From contig NZ_CP015137.1 of the NCBI RefSeq assembly GCF_001644705.1, positions 30,001-62,000 on the forward strand: DNA of 32,000 nt. Reading direction: 5' to 3'. The stretch comes from Dickeya solani IPO 2222. GTDB lineage: Bacteria; Pseudomonadota; Gammaproteobacteria; Enterobacterales; Enterobacteriaceae. The translations under genes were made by a program, and so were the position numbers. Below the pieces are notes generated by a model. That model was not told where the DNA came from. It was given only the letters and a program-made list of their open reading frames with translations, and ran no database searches. Of this stretch, positions 17,692 to 26,613 are shown one piece after another (position 1 is the stretch's first letter; each line of letters opens with the position of its first letter).

Positions 17692-17742
17692 CATAGTGAG
17701 TTACTTCGCATAGTGAATTACTTCGCATAGTGAGTTACTCCG
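17692..17742. repeat. 17-bp tandem repeat x3 spanning the ydbH stop codon and filling the ydbH-ynbE junction
   Basis: Plus-strand units are CATAGTGAGTTACTTCG (17692), CATAGTGAATTACTTCG (17709) and CATAGTGAGTTACTCCG (17726). The last unit contains the ydbH TAA (minus strand ...GCG GAG TAA). Confidence 0.95.
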
Positions 17743-20338
17743 CGACCTGCTGTTCCAGCGATGCCTTCAGGTTATCGCCAAAGCGCAGGCTGTGCCACAG
17801 CTGGAAAATATTCTCCTGCTGGCGGTAATTCAGCACAATGTCGCGCCGTGACTGGTCATCCATCACGCTGTGGCCGGTGATGCGCGACACCAACGACAAC
17901 TCGCCGCGCTGGCTGAGATCCAGCGTTACCCAGGAACGCCCAATCTCCATATAGCGCAGCCAGGCTACCGCCGCGGCGTTGGCGACGCTGTTTTGCGCCA
18001 GTTGGTCCGCCAGTTGTGGGTCCAGTTGTACGGTCAGCGGTGTATCATTCGTCAGTTTGCCGTCCTGCACCAGCATTGAAGAATGACTGAAATTCAGTGG
18101 CAACACCCCACTAACCCGGCCGGACATCGCCAGCTTTTTCGCCTTTAAGCCGGCCATCAGTTCGCCGAGATCGATACCCTGTAGCCGCAATACCGCGGCG
18201 TCATGCGCGGGCAAACGCAGCGGCGACAACGACAGGTGGCCGTCCAGCACGTCCAAATCCAGTTGCGCCAGCGTCAGCGGATGACGCTCGCTGTAGGGAT
18301 AGGCGCCGTACACCTGCACGTCGATATTCCGTATCGGGAACAAGCTATCCAGCCGGTTGATGCGTAATGTCACCGGCTGGGAAATCCCCAGTTGCCAGCG
18401 GTGGTTTTCAAACCGGTACGGCAGCACAAAATTTACCCCGCTGACCTCGCCATCCTCCAGCCAGGCGCCGCCATTTTTCACCACCCAATGACCGCCGGCG
18501 CGGAATCCCTGCCCGCGAGCAGCGGAAAACGCGGCCTGCGCGTAAAACTGACCGGTACGGATCGCCAGTTTCCAGGCCGGCGGCAGCAACGTCTGGAACA
18601 CCCGTAACGGCTGAGGCGACCACCAACCGTTGCCGCGCAGGCGTTTCCCGTCCCAGCGACCGCTGAGCTGGATCGGACCAACCGGATCCGCCTGCAACTG
18701 ACCACGCCACTGGAAGTCTTGAGGATTGCGCCCGCGAATAGCAACCGTCAGTTCGGTAGCAGGCAACATGCCGGCCCCTTGCAAATTCACCTGTTTCGCC
18801 GCCAGTCTTAATGCACCCTGCAGCGATGTCGCCGCCGGGTCGCGTCGCCAGCGCAGCGGTTCGGTCAGCGTCAGCCGCGGCTGGTCGACCGTCACCACAC
18901 CGTAACGTAGCTGGTTAAGGCCGCTGGATAAGGACTCGACCTCAATCAGGTCATCCTGCCAGCGGCCATGCCCGGCAATGTCCCAGCTCCCTTGCAACGG
19001 CGGCAGATGCCCTTCGCCCCAGTAACGCCAGCGCCAGTCGCCGCTATCGGGCCAGAACTGTTGCGCCTTGCCATCCAGATGCAGTCGGAAACGCCCCCAA
19101 TAGCTATCGCGTATTTTCACAATCGCCTGCAACCGGCCGCTGACGCCCTGCCGGGTGACCTGAATGCCGGCCAGCGGCCAGCGCGCCTCTTCCAGCGTCA
19201 CCGTCGGGCGCGGCGCTCCCCAGGCCCGTAATAGCGAACCGGGCAACAGCACCACGGTGGGATCCAGCACGGCGCCTTTTACCGTTCCCGGTAACGACGC
19301 GAAAATCGACAAATCGGGCAGATTCGCCTGCCCGGTAAGCTGAAAACGGATATCGCTGTCGGTCAGCCCCAACTGGCCGGGCCCCAGCGACAACACCGCG
19401 TTGGCGCGACCGTTGTGCCCTTGCGTCAGGACATTAAGCCGCGCCTCCAGCCGCACCGGATCGTGCAAACTCAGCACGTCATACAGCGTCAACGCGATGC
19501 CGCCTGTCAGCGGCTGGCTGGCGTACGGCCAGCGCCAGCGGCCATCGTGGATGCGAAGGTTGCCGTCGCTCACCTGCCACGGCAACGTCAGCAATGGCTC
19601 CGCCATCGATGCCACGCCGACCGTCAGTTCGCCCTGATTGCCATGCCAGCGCAATGTGGCGCTGGCCGGTTCCGGTAACCACAGCGGCAGCTGTTGCCCC
19701 TGCACTTCGCCCTGCTCCGGCAGGCGGTTGAGCGCCGGCGCCAGTTGCATCGCGCCGTTGATCTGCAGCGGCGGATGCTCCGTCGTGGCGCGCATCTGAC
19801 CTTGTTGCAGCGTCAGTTCGGCGCCGTGCAGTTCAGCCTGCACCTGTAGCTGGTCACTCTGAATTCGGAGTTGCTGACGCGACGGGTCAGTAGAGAGTTG
19901 CAGGCTGCCGGCCTGCGTCAGCCAGGGCGTGATCGCAACACGATGCAGAATCAGCTCGGCTTGCGGCAGCCGTTGCTGCCACTGGGCCAGCAACGGAGTC
20001 GTCATGTTGGAAGAAACCGGCCACTGTTGCAGGCAGACGGCATCCAGCGTCAGCGACTCCGCCTCCAGCTGCCAGCGCCCTTCGTGATGGCGAACCAGCA
20101 GGCCCGACAGCGTGACCGGTTGGCACTGCGCCAAGCGTAGTTGCACATCCGGCAGCCAGAATCCACCTTGCCGCCAGCCGGGCGACGCCTGCAACGCGAG
20201 GCTGACCCCGACGGGCAGATAGGGCCGCAGCAACACCGGCAGCCAGCGCGGCATGGTCCAGCAGGCGGTCGCTACCCCCAGCGACAGCGCGAACGCCAGC
20301 GCAGCCAGCCAGCCTGCATAGCGCATTAACTTCAGCAT
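17735..20338 (-). CDS. ydbH: AsmA-like intermembrane lipid-transport protein YdbH
   Basis: 867 aa with an N-terminal membrane anchor (MLKLMRYAGWLAALAFALSLGVATACW). The rest is long and predicted beta-rich. The size, the downstream ynbE and the neighbouring ldhA reproduce the E. coli ydbH locus. Confidence 0.85.
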   Translation of the reverse strand: MLKLMRYAGWLAALAFALSLGVATACWTMPRWLPVLLRPYLPVGVSLALQASPGWRQGGFWLPDVQLRLAQCQPVTLSGLLVRHHEGRWQLEAESLTLDAVCLQQWPVSSNMTTPLLAQWQQRLPQAELILHRVAITPWLTQAGSLQLSTDPSRQQLRIQSDQLQVQAELHGAELTLQQGQMRATTEHPPLQINGAMQLAPALNRLPEQGEVQGQQLPLWLPEPASATLRWHGNQGELTVGVASMAEPLLTLPWQVSDGNLRIHDGRWRWPYASQPLTGGIALTLYDVLSLHDPVRLEARLNVLTQGHNGRANAVLSLGPGQLGLTDSDIRFQLTGQANLPDLSIFASLPGTVKGAVLDPTVVLLPGSLLRAWGAPRPTVTLEEARWPLAGIQVTRQGVSGRLQAIVKIRDSYWGRFRLHLDGKAQQFWPDSGDWRWRYWGEGHLPPLQGSWDIAGHGRWQDDLIEVESLSSGLNQLRYGVVTVDQPRLTLTEPLRWRRDPAATSLQGALRLAAKQVNLQGAGMLPATELTVAIRGRNPQDFQWRGQLQADPVGPIQLSGRWDGKRLRGNGWWSPQPLRVFQTLLPPAWKLAIRTGQFYAQAAFSAARGQGFRAGGHWVVKNGGAWLEDGEVSGVNFVLPYRFENHRWQLGISQPVTLRINRLDSLFPIRNIDVQVYGAYPYSERHPLTLAQLDLDVLDGHLSLSPLRLPAHDAAVLRLQGIDLGELMAGLKAKKLAMSGRVSGVLPLNFSHSSMLVQDGKLTNDTPLTVQLDPQLADQLAQNSVANAAAVAWLRYMEIGRSWVTLDLSQRGELSLVSRITGHSVMDDQSRRDIVLNYRQQENIFQLWHSLRFGDNLKASLEQQVAE

Positions 20339-20506
20339 GGGTTATGTTTCAGGGTTATTCCGGTCGTCATTATTTTGTCATTCAGTACGAATCGTTACGG
20401 TTTATGAACCAAAAGTCACCATTCAGTTCACATTCCCCCGCAAAATCCGTACATGTCAATTACCTGATTGTGATAAAATTTTTACATAAGCGCAATATCT
20501 GACTAC

Positions 20507-20536
20507 ACAATGTACCGGTTAACAATGTGCCGGTTA
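20507..20536. repeat. 15-bp tandem duplication in the ydbH / aer intergenic region
   Basis: ACAATGTACCGGTTA (20507) is followed by ACAATGTGCCGGTTA (20522). Confidence 0.85.
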
Positions 20537-20659
20537 CAGGCTCGGTGACGCCGTGGCGCGAGCGTCAATCCTGCCCGGATTATACATTCATCAATATTGT
20601 TGCTTATTCAAATAATACGGACCTGCTTCACCCTTCAATATCGCAAAAAGGGATGCTCC

Positions 20660-22213
20660 ATGCGTAAAAATTATCCAGTCAGTCAACGTCAGTATCCGCT
20701 GGATGCCAGGATCAAACTGATGTCGGTCACCACCCCTGACAGCCACATTACCTACGCCAACGCCGATTTCATCGAAGTCAGCGGCTACGAGCCGGAAGAA
20801 CTGATGAATCAGCCGCATAATATTATCCGCCACCCTGATATGCCACCTTCCGCCTTCGCGGATATGTGGAATACCCTAAAAGCCGGAAAAATCTGGACCG
20901 GCGTGGTCAAGAACCGTCGCAAAAACGGTGATCACTACTGGGTACGCTCCAGCACCACGCCCCTGAAGCGGGACGGTAAGCTGATGGGCTACATGTCGGT
21001 ACGCACCGCGGCGACGGCGGAGGAAATCAGCCAGGCCGAAACGCTCTACGCGCAGGTGAATCAAGGCATGTTAAAAAACCGCGCCTTCCATCACGGCCTG
21101 CTGGTTTACACCGGCCCGCTAAAATGGCTGAGCCTGTTCAAAACCATGCCGCTGCGCTGGCGCATCCGCAGCTACTTTGGCCTGTTGGGGTTGCTGCCGT
21201 TGGTCGTCGCGTTCGCGTTGCTGCCCAAAACGGCGCTGGTCTGGGAGCTGTTTGCGGCATTGATCGCGTTCGCCGGCCTGTTTTGCGAACTGCTGGTGAA
21301 ACACGTCGCCAGGCCGGTAGAACAGATTCTCGAACAGGCGATGCGCTCCGCGGCCGGCCAGGCCAATAGCCTGGCCCAACTCAATCGCGCCGATGAAATC
21401 GGTATGCTGATGCGCGCCGTCAATCAATCCGGCATGAACTTCCGCACCTTTGTCGATGACGTCAGCAGCAACCTGCAGGAACTGAAAATCGCCTGCGGCG
21501 AAATCGCGCAGGGCAACCACATTCTGGCGGAGTGCTGTGAGAAAACCGAAGAGAGCCTGCAGCAAACCGCCGCGTCGGTGGAACAACTGACGGCCACCAT
21601 CAAGAGCAATGCCGATGCCTCATTACGCGCATCGCAGTATGCGGAAGACGTCAATCAGGTGGTGAATGTGGGCGAACAGGCCGTCTCGGAGGTCGCCAAT
21701 ACCATGGAGGCGATCACCAGCGCCAGCGAACGTATCACCAATATCATCGGCGTACTGGACAACCTGGCGTTCCAGACCAACATTCTGGCGGTCAACGCCG
21801 CGGTGGAAGCCGCCCATGCCGGGGAACAGGGCAAGAGCTTTGCGGTGGTAGCCAGCGAAGTGCGCTCGCTGGCGCAGCGCAGCGCCGCTTCCGCCAAAGA
21901 CATCGCCGCGCTTATCGACAACACCTTGTCCAGCATCCGCGCCGGCGATCAGCAGGTTGCGCATACCAATCGCTCGATGAACAACATTCTGGTCAAAGTG
22001 CAGGACGTCACCCATCTGATGAACGATATCAGCCTGGCGACCAAAGAGCAGTCGCAGGGCTTGCAGCAGATCAACGACGCGGTCAACCGTATCGATGCAC
22101 TGACCCATCAGAACACGGCGCTGGCCAGCCAGTCCAACTCCGCCACCGGACACCTGCAACAGCAGATCGCCAGCATGGCGCAGGCGGTTTCCGTATTCGG
22201 CGCGTCAAAATAA
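20660..22213 (+). CDS. aer: Aer-type aerotaxis/energy-taxis receptor (N-terminal PAS, membrane hairpin, HAMP, MCP signalling domain)
   Basis: The ATG at 20660 has AAAAAGGGA upstream. ...LMSVTTPDSHITYANADFIEVSGYEPEELMNQPHNIIRHPDMPPSAFADMWNTLKAGKIWTGVVKNRRKNGDHYWVRS... parallels E. coli Aer. The signalling hairpin is [40 protein letters not shown]. Confidence 0.85.
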   Translation: MRKNYPVSQRQYPLDARIKLMSVTTPDSHITYANADFIEVSGYEPEELMNQPHNIIRHPDMPPSAFADMWNTLKAGKIWTGVVKNRRKNGDHYWVRSSTTPLKRDGKLMGYMSVRTAATAEEISQAETLYAQVNQGMLKNRAFHHGLLVYTGPLKWLSLFKTMPLRWRIRSYFGLLGLLPLVVAFALLPKTALVWELFAALIAFAGLFCELLVKHVARPVEQILEQAMRSAAGQANSLAQLNRADEIGMLMRAVNQSGMNFRTFVDDVSSNLQELKIACGEIAQGNHILAECCEKTEESLQQTAASVEQLTATIKSNADASLRASQYAEDVNQVVNVGEQAVSEVANTMEAITSASERITNIIGVLDNLAFQTNILAVNAAVEAAHAGEQGKSFAVVASEVRSLAQRSAASAKDIAALIDNTLSSIRAGDQQVAHTNRSMNNILVKVQDVTHLMNDISLATKEQSQGLQQINDAVNRIDALTHQNTALASQSNSATGHLQQQIASMAQAVSVFGASK

Positions 22214-22229
22214 GCGACGCCATCTATCC

Positions 22230-22256
22230 AGGAGGGGGACGCCCTTCCTTTTATTT
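22230..22256 (+). terminator. Rho-independent terminator of aer
   Basis: AGGAGGGG / GACG / CCCTTCCT forms an 8-bp stem (one G-U pair), followed by TTTATTT. Confidence 0.6.
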
Positions 22257-22407
22257 CTCCCACTGACTCCCCTATTAAGACCTTTTCGGGTCGTTATCAT
22301 GACAAGGGCAACAGTTTGTCTGTTCATGGTTTTCTGCTAGCTTACTCTGGCTGCCTCCGTCACCATGCATGACGGCGCGGCTGACAATACCCTGTGGAGA
22401 AACAATC

Positions 22408-23400
22408 ATGAAACTGGCGATTTACAGTACCAAACAGTATGACCGCAAATACCTTGAGCAGGTGAATCAGCAGTTCGGGTATACGCTGGAATTTTTCGAT
22501 TTCATGCTCAGCCCGCGCACCGTCAAAATGGCCGCCGGCTGCGATGCCGTCTGCATCTTCGTCAACGACGAAGCCGGGCGCGAGGTGCTGACGGAACTGG
22601 CGAACACCGGCATCAACATACTGGCACTGCGCTGCGCCGGTTTTAACAACGTCGATCTGGACGCTGCCCGCGAGCTGGGGATCCAGGTGGTGCGCGTGCC
22701 GGCCTACTCGCCGGAAGCGGTGGCGGAACACGCGGTAGGCATGATGATGAGCCTGAACCGCCGCATTCACCGCGCCTATCAGCGCACCCGCGACGCCAAT
22801 TTCTCGCTGGAAGGGCTGATTGGCTTCAACATGTATCAACGCACCGCCGGGGTGATCGGTACCGGCAAAATCGGCATCGCCACCCTGCGCATCCTCAAAG
22901 GATTCGGCATGACGCTGCTGGCGCACGACCCTTACCCGAATCCGCAGGCGCTGGAACTGGGCGCGGAGTATGTCGATCTCGATACCCTGTACGCCCGGTC
23001 CGACGTGATTTCGCTGCACTGCCCGCTGACGCCGGAGAATCACCACCTGCTCGACCGCGACGCGTTTGCGCGCATGAAAAACGGGGTGATGATCATCAAC
23101 ACCAGCCGCGGAGGGTTGATTGACTCGCAGGCGGCGATCGACGCGCTGAAACAGCAGAAAATCGGTTCGCTGGGCATGGACGTCTATGAAAACGAGCGCG
23201 ATCTGTTCTTTACCGACAAATCCAACGACGTGATTCAGGACGATGTGTTCCGCCGGCTTTCCGCCTGTCATAACGTGCTGTTTACCGGCCATCAGGCCTT
23301 TTTGACCGAAGAAGCGCTGACCAGCATCTCCGAAACCACGCTGCACAATATTAAACAGCTTCGCGAAGGCACGCCGTGCCCTAATCGGGTCAATCCCTGA
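22408..23400 (+). CDS. ldhA: Fermentative D-lactate dehydrogenase (2-hydroxyacid dehydrogenase family)
   Basis: The ATG at 22408 has GGAGA upstream. MKLAIYSTKQYDRKYLEQVNQQFGYTLEFFDFML...GVIGTGKIGIATLRILKGFGM...SLHCPLTPENHHLL...INTSRGGLIDS...GMDVYENERDLFF... matches E. coli LdhA closely. Confidence 0.93.
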   Translation: MKLAIYSTKQYDRKYLEQVNQQFGYTLEFFDFMLSPRTVKMAAGCDAVCIFVNDEAGREVLTELANTGINILALRCAGFNNVDLDAARELGIQVVRVPAYSPEAVAEHAVGMMMSLNRRIHRAYQRTRDANFSLEGLIGFNMYQRTAGVIGTGKIGIATLRILKGFGMTLLAHDPYPNPQALELGAEYVDLDTLYARSDVISLHCPLTPENHHLLDRDAFARMKNGVMIINTSRGGLIDSQAAIDALKQQKIGSLGMDVYENERDLFFTDKSNDVIQDDVFRRLSACHNVLFTGHQAFLTEEALTSISETTLHNIKQLREGTPCPNRVNP

Positions 23401-23408
23401 TCGTTCAG

Positions 23409-23429
23409 CCGGTGGCGCCATGCCGCCGG
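23409..23429. terminator. Hairpin between the convergent ldhA and DUF333 genes
   Basis: CCGGTGGC / GCCAT / GCCGCCGG forms an 8-bp stem including one G-U pair. There is no clear U-tract on either strand. Confidence 0.35.
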
Positions 23430-23446
23430 TTACCAGCTAATCCGGC

Positions 23447-23725
23447 TTAGCCCGCCGGGCAGCTGCCGCTCATCAGCGCCGCTTCGGAGCAACGCTTGCC
23501 ATTGGCCAGCAAACAGGTGCCGATGCTCGCCCCGCTCAGTTGACGCGAAACCCCCATGCGCCCGCCCGCTAGCGTACAGTTCACCTCCGCCGGTGTGCCC
23601 TGCCCTTGCCACACCGCGCGCTGCGGCGCTACCGCTTCCTGAACCTGCGCCGACTCTGTTTGTCCGCCACTGCACGCCACCAGCATCAGGGTGGCGCCCG
23701 CCACCAGCCATTGCGGCATATTCAT
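23447..23725 (-). CDS. DUF333-family small lipoprotein (family often annotated 'putative hemolysin')
   Basis: The ATG at 23725 has AGGAG 9 nt upstream. MNMPQWLVAGATLMLVACSG carries a lipobox. The Cys pattern in the C-terminal half (NCTLAGGRMGV...GTCLLANGKRCSEAALMSGSCP) fits my memory of the DUF333 signature C..GG...G.C....G..C.E.A...G.C. Confidence 0.65.
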   Translation of the reverse strand: MNMPQWLVAGATLMLVACSGGQTESAQVQEAVAPQRAVWQGQGTPAEVNCTLAGGRMGVSRQLSGASIGTCLLANGKRCSEAALMSGSCPAG

Positions 23726-23805
23726 GTTTTTGTCGACTCCTGTGTCGTGAATATGAGAGGTCATCGGCCAATTTTGCCGCCACCGCGGCAGAATTCGGCC
23801 TAATC

Positions 23806-23840
23806 CTATTTACCCTATTTCTTTACCCCACTTCTTTACC
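23806..23840. repeat. Degenerate short direct repeats in the promoter region of the 24042 MCP
   Basis: The sequence reads CTATTTACC / CTATTTCTTTACC / CCACTTCTTTACC. TTCTTTACC recurs at 23819 and 23832 (13-bp period). Confidence 0.5.
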
Positions 23841-24041
23841 ACATTTTTGCGGTGTGAGCAGCAACGGTTCATCACCGGTTTTCACCTCTCATGTTTTTAC
23901 GCACGGTAAGTAACAAATACAATTATTTTCAGGGAGATAAATTATATGATCTTATTTTTCAGACACTAAAGGCAGCAGAACGTTGGTCGATTAATGGTTA
24001 GGCTGATAAGCAATCAGCGCCATCGCCAACGGGAGTAGATA

Positions 24042-26006
24042 ATGGCACCTGCAAGAAAACGCTTTTTTGACATGCATGTCGCAACCAAGCTGTACCTGGG
24101 TTTTGCAACGATTTTATTTTTAGTGGTTCTTTCCTCAGCGCTGAGTATCCACCGTTTTTCGACCATCAAGGCGTACTACGGCAAGACCGACCTGATGCAC
24201 ACCGTCATCATGGATATTTTTCAGGTCAAAATCGCCAGAACAAAATATTTGGTCAGCAATGACAATGAGCCTTACGACACCATGCTCAGCTACAACAATG
24301 ATCTGGCTAAAAATCTTGAGCAAGGTAGCCAGCTCTATACCGAAAGCGAATTCAGGGATCCGCTGGCCCGCATGCAGAAACACCAGGCCGCACTACAACA
24401 ATCCATCAACGAAATGGCCCGCGCCAGGCAGGCGCTTACCGACGCCAGCGCCCGGTTTAACCGCATCCAGGTCGACGCCGCGATCTCCCGCTTTCGCAGC
24501 AGCCTGACGGCCACCGCTTTTGCCTCCGACAGCGACCGGGACAAAGCGACGGCGTTGACCCTGGCGCTGGCGTCTTATAAAGCGACAGCCGACGCCGTGG
24601 TGATTGAACGCACTCCCGCCGCGCTTAGCACCCTGCAAAGCCGTTTCAGCGATATCGAGAAAAGTTACCGCGACCTGTCCGCGCTGCTCCCGGCCGATCA
24701 GAAAACAGCGCTGGATGAATTCTGGGGAAACATCGTTAGTCTGAAAACGGGCGCGGAAAGCTACCTGAACGCTTACAAGGCGTTGTCGGGCGCAGAAGCA
24801 GCGGTGAAAACCGACGGCGATAATGTCAGCAATATCGCTAAAACAGTCATCAGCCGCCTGAGCGAAATCAACACCACGCTCACCAGCGACGCCATCACCG
24901 GCGCCACCGCATTCACCTTGCTGGCGTTGGTGTTCGGCCTGTTGATATCGCGTTATATCACCCGCCAGATTACGGCGCCGGTGTCCCACAATCTGGCGCT
25001 GGCGGAACGTATTGCCAACGGCGACCTGACCGCCAACATCGAAACGGATCGTCACGATGAACTGGGTCAGTTGACCTCCGCTATGGCGGGCATGAACGAA
25101 CGGTTACGTCAGATGATCGGCAATATCCGCGACAGCGTTGGCAGCGTGGCGGCATCCGCGGCGCAAATCGCCCACGGCAACCATGAACTGTCATCGCGCA
25201 CCGAGCAGCAATCCGCCGCCGTCGTTCAGACCGCCGCTAGCATGGAACAGCTCACCTCAACGGTGAAAAACAACGCCGACAACGCCCGCCATGCCAGCCA
25301 GATCGCGGCAGAAGCGTCCAGAGACGCGCACACGGGCGGCGGCGTGGTGCAAAACGTGGTCAATACCATGAATGACATCGCCGTCAGTTCGAAAAAAATC
25401 TCCGATATCACCGATGTGATCAACAGCATCGCCTTTCAAACCAACATCCTGGCGCTTAACGCCGCGGTGGAAGCCGCGCGCGCCGGCGAACAAGGGCGTG
25501 GCTTCGCGGTGGTCGCCGGAGAGGTGCGTAATCTGGCACAGCGCAGCGCTCTGGCCGCCCGTGAAATCGCCAGCCTGATCGCCGAGTCCGTTACTCGCAT
25601 CAATACCGGCTCCGTACTGGCAGCGGAAGCCGGCGACGCCATGCAGAAAATCCTGCTTTCGGTCTCTCGCGTCAACGACATCATCGGTGAAATCGCCTCG
25701 GCATCCGATGAACAGCGTCGCGGCATCGAGCAGATCGCCAGCGCAGTCGGCGAACTGGACTCCACCACCCAGCAAAACGCGTCGCTGGTGACGGCATCCG
25801 CCTCGTCCGCCAGTTCGCTGGAAGAACAATCGATACAACTGGAAACGCTGGTAAGTCATTTCCGGCTGGCGCAGGATAACCCGCCCCAATTGCCCCGGCA
25901 CACGGCGCTGCCCGCCGACCGCGCAGCTGCTCCCGTGCTGAGCCAGGCCCGGCTAACCCTCAATGACAAAAGCCGCCAGAGTCAGCAGAATTGGGAAAAT
26001 TTCTGA
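24042..26006 (+). CDS. Methyl-accepting chemotaxis protein with a large (~255 aa) all-helical periplasmic sensor domain, HAMP and signalling domain
   Basis: The ATG at 24042 has GGGAG 7 nt upstream. TM1 is [18 protein letters not shown] and TM2 is [19 protein letters not shown], followed by a HAMP domain ([18 protein letters not shown]). The signalling hairpin is [40 protein letters not shown]. The ligand cannot be called. Confidence 0.88.
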   Translation: MAPARKRFFDMHVATKLYLGFATILFLVVLSSALSIHRFSTIKAYYGKTDLMHTVIMDIFQVKIARTKYLVSNDNEPYDTMLSYNNDLAKNLEQGSQLYTESEFRDPLARMQKHQAALQQSINEMARARQALTDASARFNRIQVDAAISRFRSSLTATAFASDSDRDKATALTLALASYKATADAVVIERTPAALSTLQSRFSDIEKSYRDLSALLPADQKTALDEFWGNIVSLKTGAESYLNAYKALSGAEAAVKTDGDNVSNIAKTVISRLSEINTTLTSDAITGATAFTLLALVFGLLISRYITRQITAPVSHNLALAERIANGDLTANIETDRHDELGQLTSAMAGMNERLRQMIGNIRDSVGSVAASAAQIAHGNHELSSRTEQQSAAVVQTAASMEQLTSTVKNNADNARHASQIAAEASRDAHTGGGVVQNVVNTMNDIAVSSKKISDITDVINSIAFQTNILALNAAVEAARAGEQGRGFAVVAGEVRNLAQRSALAAREIASLIAESVTRINTGSVLAAEAGDAMQKILLSVSRVNDIIGEIASASDEQRRGIEQIASAVGELDSTTQQNASLVTASASSASSLEEQSIQLETLVSHFRLAQDNPPQLPRHTALPADRAAAPVLSQARLTLNDKSRQSQQNWENF

Positions 26007-26027
26007 TAAAGCGTTTCTGATAACCAG
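26000..26027. repeat. 14-bp tandem duplication spanning the MCP stop codon
   Basis: TTTCTGATAAAGCG (26000, contains the TGA at 26004-26006) is followed by TTTCTGATAACCAG (26014). Confidence 0.8.
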
Positions 26028-26037
26028 CGATTAAAAG

Positions 26038-26060
26038 AAAACCGGCAAGGATGCCGGTTT
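26038..26060. terminator. Bidirectional rho-independent terminator between the MCP gene and the minus-strand lipoprotein gene
   Basis: AAACCGGCA / AGGA / TGCCGGTTT forms a perfect 9-bp stem. On the minus strand it is followed by TTCTTTT; on the plus strand by AAT. Confidence 0.7.
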
Positions 26061-26115
26061 AATGATGGGAATCATAGTCAATCGCCACAGCCTTTATATT
26101 GCCGCGTTTGTTCGG

Positions 26116-26613
26116 TTAGCGATCCTCGATCGAATGCGTCTCGACTTTCTCCGTCAGCGAGACTTCAACCTTAATGTCATCCGTCAAGGTCAGCATCGCC
26201 TTCTTATCCGGGCCCACCACCGCGGTGCGCTGCGGAATGATGAACTGGCGCACGCTCTCGCCCTCAATCATATCCTTGCCGTTTTCAACGCCATGCCGCG
26301 CCGACAGCAGATAATTCACCATGCCGTTATAGGTAATCTGATAATCACTACCGGACGACTCAACCCGGTAATTTAAGGTGATTTTTGGCAGCGCCGCTCT
26401 ATAGGTGCCGCGAATCTCATCCCAGCGCGCCGGGTTACCCGTCAGATAGACGGAATCCACCCAGTTGGTATTGTTCTGCAGCACATGGGCGGTGGTGTAG
26501 GAAAAGTAATAAGGCGAGACAAACGTACTGTTCAGGCTCGTTGTTTTCGTGCTGAACACAGAACATCCTGACAGCATCGCCGTGGCCGCCACGGCCAGGA
26601 ACAGTTTCTTCAT
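26116..26613 (-). CDS. Unknown 165-aa lipoprotein, divergent from the 692-aa hydrolase gene
   Basis: The ATG at 26613 gives a canonical lipoprotein signal MKKLFLAVAATAMLSGC. The mature part looks beta-rich (...YYFSYTTAHVLQNNTNWVDSVYLTG...ITLNYRVESSGSDYQITYNGMVNYLL...). I do not recognise the family. The longer track ORF up to 26850 is not credible. Confidence 0.7.
   Translation of the reverse strand: MKKLFLAVAATAMLSGCSVFSTKTTSLNSTFVSPYYFSYTTAHVLQNNTNWVDSVYLTGNPARWDEIRGTYRAALPKITLNYRVESSGSDYQITYNGMVNYLLSARHGVENGKDMIEGESVRQFIIPQRTAVVGPDKKAMLTLTDDIKVEVSLTEKVETHSIEDR

Noticed and set aside
22360-23421. 353-aa minus-strand ORF covering ldhA.
   Set aside because: This is an antisense shadow of a clearly homologous ldhA. 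It has no SD, no recognisable domains and the same codon-bias explanation.
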